A DNA stretch of 64,000 nt from Mustelus asterias (GCF_964213995.1 NC_135806.1:104718001-104782000); one strand, 5' to 3'. Shown: positions 11,640-24,759, counted from the first letter of the stretch. Made by a program: numbers and translations. The notes: generated by a model not told the origin, from the sequence alone.

Positions 11640-13848
11640 GACCTCCAGTTCTGGACTAGTTACGGTGAAGAGGAATGGTGTGGAGTCTATAGGGGCAGGG
11701 AGGTTGAGGGTGGTAGGGGAAAGAGAGATGCTGCAGGGTCATGGAATGGGTGAGATGGTTTGGAGCAGGAGAGTGGGAAGGCATGTGGTGGAGTGTGGGC
11801 AGGTTGTGCAGGTGCGAACAGGCATAGAGGGGAAGAGGGGAAAGAGGTTCCAGGGGAGGGATCTGTGGTGCCAACTGATGAATCCTGGGGAACATACTGA
11901 AGGAATTATTGATAGGAAAGATGGTGATGATTAAACAGAGCTGTGGGAGCCAGTAAGGTGGGAGGTTGATGTCCTGCGATGATGGGTGAATGGACACTGA
12001 GGGTTTCTGAGGGGACACAGAGGTAAAACTGGATTCTCGGGATAGGTAGGATGAGAGATCACATCTGTCATCAGCAGGTGGGCTCCTTAAGAAGGTAGTA
12101 TATGTGGACATTCGCTGGCACAGGGCGGAGGGTGATAGGGGAGGCTTGCAAGTTTACTATGGGAAGGTCAAAGGTGACATTGGGAGGATCAATGGTTATG
12201 GAGGTCAGGGTGTATGTTATGTGGGGAGGTTGGAAGGTGTTGGGCTCAACCTGAAAGGTCACGCACCATGGTCACTTGCAACTATCCAGAGCCCTGAGGT
12301 GGAGATCTCAAGATGGGAGTTGGGTGAGGGTGGATGGATGAAGCTGCAGGTCAGCTCAGCTGGCTAACTGAAGGGGTACCCCAACATGAGGCACTGACAT
12401 TGCCGAGGTGTTTCAGCAGATTAGCATGTGAAGGGCAAAGGCTCAGTGTGCATGAGAGGCTTCTTGCACAAGGACCCTGGTTTGGTTCCTTCCCTGCCCA
12501 CTCCTCGAACTCAGTGATGTTCGAGAGGTCAGGCGGGCCCTGTCTTCTCTTCTCTCTCTTTCTGCTCTTGTGCTGTAACTTTTCCTGTGCAAAGAGAGAA
12601 GATGGGGTTCAGAGACACTGGGTTCCAGTTATCTTTCTCATGATTCCACTCTTACAAATAACCCACTGCATTGTGTGCCATGTGATTGATGCACTGCAGG
12701 TTGTCCACAAATGTTCTGGGGCAAAGCAGCGAGCCCATGCAGATTGAAGGATAAGCCTCTCTGAGGCACGTCATTCGTAGTATGTGCTGGTGCCCTCAAT
12801 GCCTAAATCCCCTCCCCTCCAACCCCCTCATCCTCCCAGGCAGCATCTGAACTCTCTGTGTGGAATGGTCAGGGGCGCACAGTGGCCTCTCCACCTGCAG
12901 ACTAGATGGACTGCAGCAGGGCTCACCTGACCACATTGAGTAACTCCTTTATGTGAGTGTGAGCAGTTGAGGATTCACGTACATGATGGTGCGGATGAGG
13001 TTCATCCATCGGTGTCCAGCACTTCAGGACAGTCTCTGGTGGAGACTGTGGGCAGTGACCACCCTCCCTCCCGATGCAGGTTTGGTCACATGGTTCGGCC
13101 TCCTCCTTCTATCCTTGGGGTACAGAATGCCCCTCCTGGTCTCCACTGCGTTGAGCAGCACTTTGAGGGGAGCATCATTGAATTTGGGGGCAGAGTTCCC
13201 AGGGAACAGTTCCCGTAGAAGAATGAGGGGAGATTTGATAGAGGTGTATAAAATTATGATGGGTATAGATAGAGTGAATGCAAGCAGGCTTTTTCCATTG
13301 AGGCTAGGGGAGAAAAAAACTAGAGGACATGGGTTAAGGGTGAAGGGGGAAAAGTTTAAAGGGAATATTAGTGGGGGCTTCTTCACACAGAGAGTGGTGG
13401 GAGTGTGGAATGAGCTGCCAGATGAAGTGGTGAATGCGGGCTCACTTTTAACATTTAAGAAAAACTTGGACAGGTACATGGATGAGAGGGGTGTGGAGGG
13501 ATATGGTCCAGGTGCAGGTCAGTGGGACTAGGCAGAAAAATGGTTTGGCACAGCCAAGAAGGGCCAAAAGGCCTGTTTCTGTGCTGTAATGTTCCATGGT
13601 TCTATGGATCAGGTGGCCATCTTGTCCTTCAACAGTGGGTTCACGCTGAAGAAGTTGATATTCGGGCATTTTTAAGATAAACGGCAGGATGTGCATCACC
13701 CAGCTCACCCTGCTGAACAATAAATACATCATAATCAATGCAGCCAGCATCATCTGGTTCGGCACAAATTTCCACTGGGCTCTGTGGCGGGAAACATTCC
13801 CGGTTCCCACTGCTGCAGTGGGATTTAGTCCCGGAATGGAAAATCCCA
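11640..13848 (-). mobile_element. Decayed Harbinger derivative with a Myb/SANT-like gene remnant
   Basis: APKFNDAPLKVLLNAVETRRGILYPKDRRRRP at ~13080-13200 is Myb/SANT (Myb_DNA-bind_5)-like; TIR-like end ggaaaatccc near 13845; left boundary uncertain. Confidence 0.55.
13216..13606 (+). mobile_element. CR1 3' fragment inserted in the Myb/SANT remnant
   Basis: RRMRGDLIEVYKIM...FFTQRVVGVWNELP, hairpin gggccaaaaggcct, tail. Confidence 0.9.
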
Positions 13849-15371
13849 AGTTTTCAAATAAATATAGCCTAGCGAATGGGATAATGTTGGTCTAATTGTA
13901 TTGGATAAAATTGTAATGATGGTGCACGTTGTAATTTGCCTCGGTTCTTTCTGGATGCAGTATTCTGTGCCCTTTGACTACTTGGCAGGTGAACAGTGCA
14001 TCATTGACTAAAGAGGAGAGCCATATAGTTTGCTGAGAAAGTGCTGATGCCTTTGATGAGTTAAAGATTTACAAACAATAACAAACCATTTGAAAGCCTT
14101 TGGGGAGGATCCTTCATTTTACTATCAAGTTTCTCTTCTCACAAACAAGCCACAATTTACAAGCAGAGAAGATGGTGTCATACAATCGAAACATGTAGGT
14201 CCACAGTCTCTCATTGACATCTGGCTTTGACTAAGGAGTTCAGTGTCAAAGCATTTCTTGGTGCTGTACCTGGCTCTCAAGCACTAATTACCAGTACTGA
14301 GTGCAGAAGTTAGGGGATCCTGGGGATTCATGGCCAGTTTTCACATGGTCTTTACACAAAGGGGGTCCTGTTCTGCATTATGCTGTTAGCCTTAATTAGG
14401 AAGTGAGTTTGTTGTAAGCCAACCACATTAAGAGCTACATGATTACAGCACTGCATTAGGACAAGTTTATTTTAATGACATTTGTGTACATGCACTAAAC
14501 CCACGAGGGATATATCCTTTTGTTAACTGATCTTAGGAATTGCCTCAAGCAATTTCAGCTGTTTTCAGAAAGCTTAAATGAGAGCTTTAGTCAAGCTTTT
14601 TAGAATGTTTCAGCCTAATGTTTTGTGATTCACATATATACATTCTGTAACAAATACATAACAATTATCCCCATGAATTTTCACTGCTCATAGAACTCAA
14701 ACCTTGAAATCTTTTTAGTTATATCTTCATTCCTTGTTTGTCATAGTTCCTCCTTCAGTCGGCAGAGCATGATGGTCAGGCCCATAGATTTGTTCGTCAC
14801 TGTTGTCAATACTGTTTATTATAGCTTTCTCTAATAAAATAGTCCTATAAAACATCTTGCCTACTCGTTATAACACTTTTTGTATGAATGCCACAGATAA
14901 GTTCAATCAATGTGAAAATAAACTGGCGCACAGACATACAAAAAAAGCAGGTCCACTAAAGTATAAGAGAAAGCTGCTCTGTGTCAGTAAGCCACGTTGG
15001 ATAAAAGAGATTAGCATTGACTCGAGATTATTGTGAAGTGCATTATTTTGCACTAGAGTATAATTTGTATGTTTTATATGTTATAGGAACTATAGTGTTA
15101 ACTGCTGCAATAACTGACGATAATATGATTCCCCATGCGGTGTTGTGTCAAAGTCATCATTGTTGGAGCAAAATGGCTTCCCATCGTGTCAATAACATTA
15201 GAAGCTGTTTCAGACACTTTTGTTTCACGCGTCTTTTGTTGACATTGCTTTTAAAAATTGTTTCATAAAGTAAAGCAGGGGTGAGGTGGGCTGGAATTTT
15301 TAAAGTACTTTCTGCTGGCTCTAAGTATGGCTTTGAGGGTAACGGGTCGCTCCAGACTATTGTGATCTGAT

Positions 15372-18128
15372 TACTTCAATGCCAGGAGTATTCGCAATAA
15401 AGTGGGTGAACTTGCAGCGTGGATCAGTACCTGGGACTTCGATGTTGTGGCTATTTCAGAGACATGGATAGAGCAGGGGCAGGAATGGATGCTGCAGGTC
15501 CCGGGGTTCAAATGTTTTAGTCGAAGTAGGGAAGGAGGTAGAAGAGGGGGAGGGGTAGCATTATTGGTCAGAGATTGTATCACAGTGTCAGAGAGGAGGT
15601 TTGATGAGGACTTATCTGTTGAGGTAGTATGGGCGGAGATTAGAAATAGGAGAGGAGAGGTCACCCTGTTGGGAGTCTTTTATAGACCTCCTAAAAGTTC
15701 TAGAGAGGTTGAGGAAAGGATTGCGGAGTCAATCCTGCTTAGGAGTGAAAGTAATAGGGCAATTGTTATGGGGGATTTTAACTTGACTAATATTGACTGG
15801 AATTGTTATAGCTCTAGCTCGTTAGAGGGGTCAGTTTTTGTTCAAAGCGTGCAGGAAGGTTTTTTGACTCAGTATGTAGACAGGCCAACTAGAGGTGAGG
15901 CTATATTGGATCTGGTGCTGGGAAATGAGCCAGACCAGGTGCTAGACTTGGAAGTTGGTGTGCATTTTGGTGATAGTGACCACAATTCGGTTACGTTCAC
16001 CTTAGTGATGGAAAGGGATAGGCATGAACCTCGGGCCAGTGGTTTTAGCTGGGGGAAGGGTAATTATGAGGCTATTAGGAGAGAATTAGGAAACATAGGT
16101 TGGACTAGGAGATTACAGGGACTGGGAACGTCCGACATGTGGAGTTTTTTCAAGGAGCAGCTACTGCGAGTCTGTGATAGGTATGTCCCTGTCAGGCAAG
16201 GAGGAATTGGTAGGGCTAGGGAACCGTGGTGCACCAAAAAAGTTTCTTTGTTGGTTAAAAAGAAAAAGGAGGCTTATGTTCGGATGAGACGTGAGCACTC
16301 GGGTAGTGCACTAGAAAGCTTTAGATTGGCTAAGAGGGAGTTGAAGAGCGAGCTTAGAAGGGCTAAAAGGGGACATGAGAAGACTTTGGCGGATAGGGTT
16401 AAAGAGAATCCTAAGGCGTTCTATAGGTATGTCAAGAACAGAAGGTTGGTTAGGGCAAGTTTAGGGCCAGTTATAGATGGCAGAGGGAAGTTATGTGTGG
16501 AACCGGAGGAGATTGGTGAAGCATTGAACCAATATTTCTCTTCGGTGTTCACGCAAGGGGACATGAATATAGCTGAGGAGGACACTGGGTTGCAGGGGAG
16601 TAGAATAGACAGTATTACAGTTGATAAGGAGGATGTGCAGGATATTCTGGAGGGTCTGAAAATAGATAAATCCCCTGGTCCGGATGGGATTTATCCAAGG
16701 ATTCTCTGGGAGGCAAGAGAAGTGATTGCAGAGCCTCTGGCTCTGATCTTCAGGTCGTCGTTGGCCTCTGGTATAGTACCAGAAGATTGGAGGTTAGCGA
16801 ATGTTGTCCCATTGTTTAAGAAGGGGAACAGAGACTTCCCCGGGAATTATAGACCGGTGAGTCTCACTTCTGTTGTCGGCAAGATGTTGGAAAAAATTAT
16901 AAGGGATAGGATTTATAGTTATTTGGAGAGTAATGAATTGATAGGTGATAGTCAGCATGGTTTTGTGGCAGGTAGGTCGTGCCTTACTAACCTTATTGAG
17001 TTTTTTGAGAAAGTGACCAAGGAGGTGGATGGGGGCAAGGCAGTGGACGTGGTATATATGGATTTTAGTAAGGCGTTTGATAAGGTTCACCATGGTAGGC
17101 TTCTGCAGAAAATGCAGATGTATGGGATTGGGGGTGATCTAGGAAATTGGATCAGGAATTGGCTAGCGGATAGGAAACAGAGGGTGGTGGTTGATAGTAA
17201 ATATTCATCATGGAGTGCGGTTACAAGTGGTGTACCTCAGGGATCTGTTTTGGGGCCACTGCTGTTTGTAATATTTATTAATGATCTGGATGAGGGTATA
17301 GTTGGGTGGATTAGCAAATTTGCTGATGACACCAAAGTCGGTGGTGTGGTAGACAGTGAGGAAGGGTGTCGTAGTTTGCAGGAAGACTTAGACAGGTTGC
17401 AAAGTTGGGCCGAGAGGTGGCGGATGGAGTTTAATGCGGAGAAGTGTGAGGTAATTCACTTTGGTAGGAATAACAGATGTGTTGAGTATAGGGCTAACGG
17501 GAGGACTTTGAATAGTGTGGAGGAGCAGAGGGATCTAGGTGTATGTGTGCATAGATCCCTGAAAGTTGGGAATCAAGTAGATAAGGTTGTTAAGAAGGCA
17601 TATGGTGTCTTGGCGTTTATTGGTAGGGGGATTGAATTTAGGAGTCGTAGCGTTATGTTGCAACTGTACACAACTCTGGTGCGGCCGCACTTGGAGTACT
17701 GTGTGCAGTTCTGGTCCCCACATTACAGGAAGGATGTGGAGGCTTTGGAGAGGGTGCAGAGGAGGTTTACCAGGATGTTGCCTGGTATGGAGGGGAGATC
17801 CTATGAGGAGAGGCTGAGGGATTTGGGATTGTTTTCGCTGGAAAGGCGGCGGCTAAGAGGGGATCTTATTGAAACATATAAGATGATTAGAGGTTTAGAT
17901 AGGGTGGATAGTGATAGCCTTTTTCCTCTGATGGAGAAATCCAGCACGAGGGGGCATGGCTTTAAATTGAGGGGGGGTAGTTATAGAACCGATGTCAGGG
18001 GTAGGTTCTTTACCCAGAGGGTGGTGAGGGATTGGAATGCCCTGCCAGCATCAGTTGTAAATGCGCCTAGTTTGGGGGCGTTTAAGAGATCCGTAGATAG
18101 GTTCATGGACGAAAAGAAATTGGTTTAG
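15372..18128 (+). CDS. CR1 ORF2, APE endonuclease + reverse transcriptase, no internal stops
   Basis: YFNARSI, ISETW, YRPP, MGDFN, LDLVL, SDHN (APE) and full RT motifs including FADD; ~918 open codons. Confidence 0.95.
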   Translation, partial: YFNARSIRNKVGELAAWISTWDFDVVAISETWIEQGQEWMLQVPGFKCFSRSREGGRRGGGVALLVRDCITVSERRFDEDLSVEVVWAEIRNRRGEVTLLGVFYRPPKSSREVEERIAESILLRSESNRAIVMGDFNLTNIDWNCYSSSSLEGSVFVQSVQEGFLTQYVDRPTRGEAILDLVLGNEPDQVLDLEVGVHFGDSDHNSVTFTLVMERDRHEPRASGFSWGKGNYEAIRRELGNIGWTRRLQGLGTSDMWSFFKEQLLRVCDRYVPVRQGGIGRAREPWCTKKVSLLVKKKKEAYVRMRREHSGSALESFRLAKRELKSELRRAKRGHEKTLADRVKENPKAFYRYVKNRRLVRASLGPVIDGRGKLCVEPEEIGEALNQYFSSVFTQGDMNIAEEDTGLQGSRIDSITVDKEDVQDILEGLKIDKSPGPDGIYPRILWEAREVIAEPLALIFRSSLASGIVPEDWRLANVVPLFKKGNRDFPGNYRPVSLTSVVGKMLEKIIRDRIYSYLESNELIGDSQHGFVAGRSCLTNLIEFFEKVTKEVDGGKAVDVVYMDFSKAFDKVHHGRLLQKMQMYGIGGDLGNWIRNWLADRKQRVVVDSKYSSWSAVTSGVPQGSVLGPLLFVIFINDLDEGIVGWISKFADDTKVGGVVDSEEGCRSLQEDLDRLQSWAERWRMEFNAEKCEVIHFGRNNRCVEYRANGRTLNSVEEQRDLGVCVHRSLKVGNQVDKVVKKAYGVLAFIGRGIEFRSRSVMLQLYTTLVRPHLEYCVQFWSPHYRKDVEALERVQRRFTRMLPGMEGRSYEERLRDLGLFSLERRRLRGDLIETYKMIRGLDRVDSDSLFPLMEKSSTRGHGFKLRGGSYRTDVRGRFFTQRVVRDWNALPASVVNAPSLGAFKRSVDRFMDEKKLV

Positions 18129-18226
18129 GTTGGAGGGTCACAGTTTTTTTTTTAACTGGTCGGTGCAACATCGTGGGCCGAAGGGCCTGTTCTGCGCTGT
18201 AATGTTCTATGTTCTATGTTCTATGT
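15372..18226 (+). mobile_element. Young CR1 LINE truncated at the start of ORF2
   Basis: Open ORF2, short 3'UTR, gggccgaagggcct hairpin, (gttctat)n tail. Confidence 0.95.
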
Positions 18227-18231
18227 AACAA

Positions 18232-18436
18232 TGGTGGGGGCCTGGAATGCGCTGCCAGGCAAGGTGGTGGAGGCGGACACACTGGGAACATTTAAGACTT
18301 ATCTAGATAGCCACATGAATGGAGTGGGAATGGAGGGATACAAAAGAATGGTCTAGTTGGGACCAGGGAGCAGCGCGGGCTTGGAGGGCCGAAGGGCCGA
18401 AGGGCCTGTGCTGTATTGTTCTTTGTTCTTTGTTCT
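18232..18436 (+). mobile_element. CR1 3' end, same family as 6961 and 49559, short 3'UTR form
   Basis: High identity to 50251-50452; (gttcttt)n tail. Confidence 0.9.
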
Positions 18437-18597
18437 AACACTAATGACATGTGATATAAACTGAAGCGATACCTGGCCAGTCATGGAAGAAAGTTGAAGT
18501 CTCTACTGTTGTGTTACACCTTTAAGTGGGTGTGGTTATGTTTCTGTCTAGATCACAAGAGGGGAAGTGATTCAATGTATCATGTGATTCAGACTTA

Positions 18598-21500
18598 GGT
18601 CCAGCTTTTTGCCCCAGGCCAGGTGCGCAGGATTAAAATTCCAGGCTCCACTAATTGGACCTTTAAAAATGGCTGCCTGAACATTTTGCTTTAGGGGGCT
18701 GGCCTAGAACAGGAGTTGGGGCAGGCGACCCCTGAAGAAGTTCAGAGATCATCAGGCACACAGGTGGTCTGGACGGGAATCTTGCCTTGGGGCTCTGGCA
18801 CTGTGTCCTAAACTAAACACTATCAATGAAAACATAAAAAATCCCTCCAACCCTCATCCCTCACTCCCCCCACAATCCACATGGCCCAACCATGTTGACC
18901 CATGCCACCTCATGCCCTATATCCAACCCCCATGGCCAATCATACTCTCCAGGCTAACCTATGCCCCTGTGCCAACCCTCATGGCCCTTTATAGCCTCTA
19001 TGCCAATTCATGTCCCTATATCCACCTCCCATAACACTTAATAGGCCTATGAAAGCCTATGCCCCTGTACCCACCCCATGGCCCCTCATACACACCCCCT
19101 CCCTCCATGCCAATATATGCCTCTGTACTCACCCCACAGCCTTTTATAACCCTTATGTCAACTTAGTGCTAACCCGTCTCCCTCATCCACTATCCTTTAC
19201 CCTTAGTTTACAATGCCAATTCACATTTCCACCATGAGCAGACATCAAGATATATGCAGAGATTAGATAAAATCAAGTTCTAAAGTTTTAAGTGTCTACT
19301 GCAGACGTCACACAATTTTAAAAAAGCACTCATAGAAAACGCATTTACTACATTTCCGTTCCTTCCCCTAAATAAAATCTTATAACAATCATTTCATTGA
19401 AGTGCACAATATCTTATGACAACAAACATTGGAATTCATTGTCCCACCTCAAAGGGTTTGCAACCACTTGAAGCTGTCAAACTGTGAAGTGGATAGCATC
19501 CTAATTCAATCCTGCAGCAGTAATCTATCAATGGGAGCCCTCGGGTTTCAGTCAACAGACAGTGTGAAAATGCAAGAAATCTTTTTGAACACTCCAGACA
19601 TGATATCAAAAATCTAAAGTGCTGGACTTTTAAATGCCTAAACAGTTTGAGAGCTCCTCTTGACAGGTGCTTGAGAGATGATTCCTCCATCCAAGGAGGA
19701 GGAAACATGCTAAGAGGAGGACAAGGCATCCATGGCTGACGAAGGAAGTCAAGGACAGCATAAAAGCAAAAGAAAAAGCACACAAAGTGACAAGGATTAG
19801 TGGGAAACCAGAGGATTGGGAAGCCTTTAAAAGCAAGCAGAGGACAACTAAAAAAGCAATAATGGGGAGAAGATGAAAGATGAGTGTAAGTTAGCTAGTA
19901 ATAGAAAAGAAGATGGGAAGAGTTTTTTCAATATATAAAAGGTAAAAGAGAGGCAAAAACAGCCATTGGACAACTGAAAGATGAGGCTGGAGAAGTAATA
20001 ATAGGAAACAAAGCAATGGCAGAGGAACTGAATAGTTACTTTGCATCAGTCTTTACGGTGGAAGACACCAGTGGGATGCCAGAGCTCCAGGAGTGTCGGG
20101 GGCACAGGTGAGTGTAGTGGCCATCACTAACGAGAAGGTTCTGGGGAAACTGAAAGGTGTGAAGGTGGATAAATCACCTGGACCGGATGGAGTACACCCC
20201 AGGGTTCTAAAAGAGATGGCTGAGGAAATTGTGGAGGCATTGGTGGTGATCTTTCAGGAATCAATGGAGGCAGGGATGGTACCAGAAGAATGGAAAGTAG
20301 CGAATGTAACACTGCTATTTAAGAAGGGAGGGAGGCAGCAGATGGGAAATTATAGGCCAGTTAGCAAGATTGGCAAGATTTCAGAGTCTATTATTAAAGA
20401 TGAGATCGCAGAGTACTTGGAAGTGCATGATAAAATAGGACTGGGTCAGCACGGCTTTGTCAAGGGGAGGTCATGCCTGACAAAGCTGTTAGAGTTCTTT
20501 GAGGAGGTAACAAGGAAGTTAGATAAAGGAGAGCCTGTGGACATGATTTATTTAGATTTCCAGAAGGCCTTTGACAAGGTGCCGCATAGAATAAGTTACG
20601 AGCCCATGGTGTTAAGGGTGAGATCCTGGCATGGATAGAGGATTGGTTGACTTGCAAAAGGCAGAGAGTGGGGATAAAGGGGTCTTTCTCAGGATGGCAG
20701 CCGGTGACTAGTGTGTGCCTCAGGGGTCAGTGCTGGGACCACAACTTTTCACAATATACATTAAGGATTTGGAGGAAGGAACTGAAGGCACTGTTGCTAA
20801 GTTTGCAGATGATACAAAGATATGTAAAGGGTCAGGTAGTATTGAGGAAGCGGGGGGCTGCAGAAGGACTTGGACAGGTTAGGAGAGTGGGCAAAGAAGT
20901 GGCAGATGGAATTCAATTTGGAAAAGTGTCAGGTTATGCACTTTGGAAGAAGGAATGGAGGCATAGACTATTTTCTAAATGGGAAAATGCTTAGGAAATC
21001 AGAAACACAAAGGGATTTGGGAGTCATTATTCAAGATTCTCTTAAGGTTAACGTGCAAGTTCAGTCGGCAGTTAGGAAAGCAAATGCAATGTTAGCATTC
21101 ATGTCAAGAGGGCTAGAATACAAGAGCAGGGATGTACTTCTGAGGCTGTATAAGGCTCTGGTGAGACCCCATTTGGAGCATTGTGAGCAGTTTTGGACCC
21201 CAAATCTAAGGAAGGATGTGCTGGCCTGGGAAAGGATCCAGAGGACGTTCACAAGAATGATCCCTGGAGTGAAGAGCTTGTCATATGAGGAATGGTTGAG
21301 GACTCTGGGTCTGTACTCGGAGTTTAGAAGGATGAGGGGGGATCTTATTGAAACTTACAGGATACTGCGAGGCCTGGATAGAGTGGACGTGGAGAGGATG
21401 TTTCCACTGGTAGGAAAAACTAGAACCAGAGGGCCCAACCTCAAGCTAAAGGGACGACCCTTTAAAACAGAGATGAGGAGGAATTTCTTCAGCCAGAGAG

Positions 21501-22331
21501 TGGTGAATCTGTGGAACTCTTTGCCTCAGAAGGCTGTGGAGGCCAGGTCATTGAGTGTCTTTAAGACAGAGACAGATAGGTTCTTGATTAACAAGGGGAT
21601 CAGGGGTTATGGGGAAAAGGCTGGAGAATGGGGATGAGAAAAAAAATCAGCCATGATTGAATGGTGGAGCAGACTCGATGGGCCGAGTGGCCTAATTCTG
21701 CTCCTATGTCTTATAGTCTTATGATTTTGAAAGGTCTGTTGACAATTCCAATGACCTTGACAGTAATGGGTTTATGTACTTTTTACATAAAACATTCCTC
21801 CAGCCCTCACCTCTCACTTCCACACACACTCTCCATGCCCTATCCATATCGGTCTATATCACCTCATGCTCTGTACCCAAATCCCCCATGGGCCATCATA
21901 TTCTCCATACTAACCTATCCCCCTGTACCAACTCCCGTGGCCCTTTATTCCTAATTCCATGTGGCATTTGACTTAACCGAGTGGGCACCTGACCTCCACT
22001 AAGGGCAAGATCCAAAGAGTATTTAACCTCCCAGGACCAGATCCAAAGGGATATTTTCCATTCCAAAGGGGTACCCTGGCTATCCAAAGCCACCAGTCCA
22101 TTCCTGGTCTAACCTGCACACGTTGGGTTTCACACTCCTGGCCTACTAAAATCCCATGTCAGTGGATGTAGTTGATGATTTAAATTGCCATCTCAGAAAT
22201 GCGTCAGCCCCCTTTTGATGCCCTCGCAAAAATGGGAAGTGCCATGTCAGGGGCACAACATCCAATTTTCAGGCATTTCCCTTATTTTTGCCAGAATAGT
22301 GAGCCTCTCCATTGTGGCAAATATCTGAGCC
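18598..22331. mobile_element. Non-autonomous Harbinger-type element with internal ccatgcc-rich low-complexity DNA, interrupted by CR1
   Basis: Imperfect TIRs ggtccagctttttgcc / ggcaaatatctgagcc and TTA on both flanks. Confidence 0.6.
19670..21723 (+). pseudogene. CR1 LINE, 5'-truncated, frameshifted RT
   Basis: RT split over ORFs 20093-20638 and 20870-21637; 3' hairpin gggccgagtggcct and tcttat-type tail. Confidence 0.9.
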
Positions 22332-22589
22332 TTAGTCTCCACTTGTTGTGAGGAGGCTATCAACTCAGACATTTGTACAATTTCTCCAACTGTGTATTAT
22401 TGCTACTAACAACTCAAATTGTTTATAAATAACCCTATACATTATTGTGCTAAGAAATCCCTTGTGCCTGGTCGGTGCCTTCAAATCTGTCTACTAAGTA
22501 AGCACAAGGATTAGAAAAAGACAACATCTACCATCTCTATTCATAACTCCAGACTGCACAAAGGAGTGCATGTTTCCACAACTCACACT

Positions 22590-23000
22590 CCTAGGAATGA
22601 AAAGCTTGATGCATGAGCAGCATTAGAGAACTTTGTGTCTGTACTCAATAGAGTTTAGAAGGATGAGGGGGGATCTCATTGAAACTTACAGAATATCGAA
22701 AGGCCTGGATAGAGTGGACGTGGGGATGATGCTTCCATTAGTAGGAGAGACTAGGATCCGAGGGCACAGCCTCAGATTAAAGGGATGAATCTATGGAATT
22801 CATCGCCACAGAAGGCTATAGAGGCTAGGTCATTGAGTGTATTTAAGACAGAGATTGATAGGTTCTTGATTGGTAAGGGGATCAAAGGTTACGGGGAAAA
22901 GGCGGGAGAATGGGGTTGAGAAACTTATCAGCCATGATTGAATGGCAGAGCAGACACAAAGGACCAAATGTCCTAATTCTGATCCTGTATCTTATGGTCT
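22590..23000 (+). mobile_element. CR1 3' fragment with internal deletion
   Basis: Similar to 21260-21720. Confidence 0.8.
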
Positions 23001-24759
23001 CTGAGTGTGTTGTATGAGCAGCAAGGATATTAGGCACTTTGCCAATTTCAAGCCAGATGTTGCTAGATACCTTGCAGGCACAAGCAGTATCAAAGTGCAT
23101 GTCACCTGATCTGCATTCGTGGATTCACCCCATCTAAATTAGTCTGATTTACTCCAGGTACAGGTCTCTCTCTTGACAAGACTTGTGTCTGCAAATGGAG
23201 GTGGTAATCTAAGCTGCCAGGGGTGAAACAACAGTGATGGCCACTAGATACAGAACCTTCTGGCTGCTGTCTAAAGACAGAGGGCCATCGTCTTGGTGCT
23301 GCCACAAATGGGCAGCTGCCTGGGGTATCTAGAGAAAAATAAAGTGGAAAGCTCCATTACTGATTATCTGCTACATTTGTGCCACTCAGAACATGACCTT
23401 TCGCTTTCTCCCTGGGAGAAATTAGGGTGAGGGTTCCTCAAAAAAATCCATGAAAACCTGAAAAGGGGGCATAAAGAATTTTTTATGGAAAAGTTGTGCT
23501 GAAGAATCTTCATTAGTGCTATTATTTTTTTTCCAATTAAATAAGCATATGTGGACAACAGCTATCACTTTACACTGATTATTTTGCATATATACCAAGA
23601 TGGCGGCTGTGCATGTCCAGTTCGTCATGATTGTGTGGTTCCTGTCCACCATACTGAAATCTTAGCAGGCTGCTTAAAACCTGGAAAAATGTCTGTGTGC
23701 TGCTGAATTTCTAGGTCTTGGTTCCTTATGTGTCCGCAGGGAAGAGTTTTATTCATGAATCTATTAATTCAAGTGCTAACCCTGTTGGTACAAATTCTGC
23801 TTGGCTGTTCATTGCAATCTCTACTGTTGGTTAACAATTGCACATTGTATAATTAAGATGGCTAAGTGTTGTGAAGACGATTAGGCTCCATACATGAACT
23901 GCTCGTTTCTAATAGTATTTCCTGGATGAGCAGGAACACTGTAATTTTAGTATTGTACTGAAGAGCTGATGCTGTGGGGTGTAATTGAAGACAGAATGAC
24001 AACATAAAACAGCAGTTTTATTCCTTTGCTGGTTAAAAATTGTTTCAAAAATTTATGAGCCCGCAGCAGACAAAATCATCCTTTTGTGCAATCTTGTTCT
24101 AACTGGTCTGCAGTTAATAGACTCACAGTGTAAAGGAAAGAGCAACAGATGGGTCTTGTTACTGCACATAGAGCTGATTTTGGCAGTTCCTCCAGAAAGT
24201 AAATTAAAGCTTTAGGTAGTCAAGAAAGTGACAGCATGTAGACCCTTGCTGCAGGGGAAACTTGAGTTCATTCTGTGGGTTTGCAAGTAGAGTTTAAGGA
24301 AATAGCTATTTCCTTAAAAAGTTGGCCCTAAGAATTGTGCTGAGTTTTTTTTTATTTCTGAAAAAAGTTCAGAAATTAGCTTATGTATTTCACATTGAAT
24401 GAGGTGCTGAGCTGCTGATGTAACTATTGATATTGAATTGGTACACCGCTGTAATAATCTGTATGGTGTCTATCGTTGGACTATTGCCATGAACAGTTAT
24501 AGTTCATTTCATTATTGAATTTTTATTCTAACAATACATGAGCAATTGTTACCAAGGCCTATGCCAATGTTCCCAAAGAAACCATAGCATTCATTTTGTT
24601 TTCATTATAAAAGTTACCATGACAGCTGAGAGAATGGGAACATGGACATTTCTTGAAATCCATCAGTGTTTGTGGGTAAAAGGCAACAACTCATGGCATC
24701 CATTATTGTGTGGGTTGTTTAATGTGTTGCCACTCCTGTTGCTATGACCACTAGACTTT

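Noticed and set aside
12983-13531. 182-aa ORF as a novel fusion gene
   Set aside because: It is a chance read-through from the antisense Myb/SANT remnant into an inserted CR1 3' fragment
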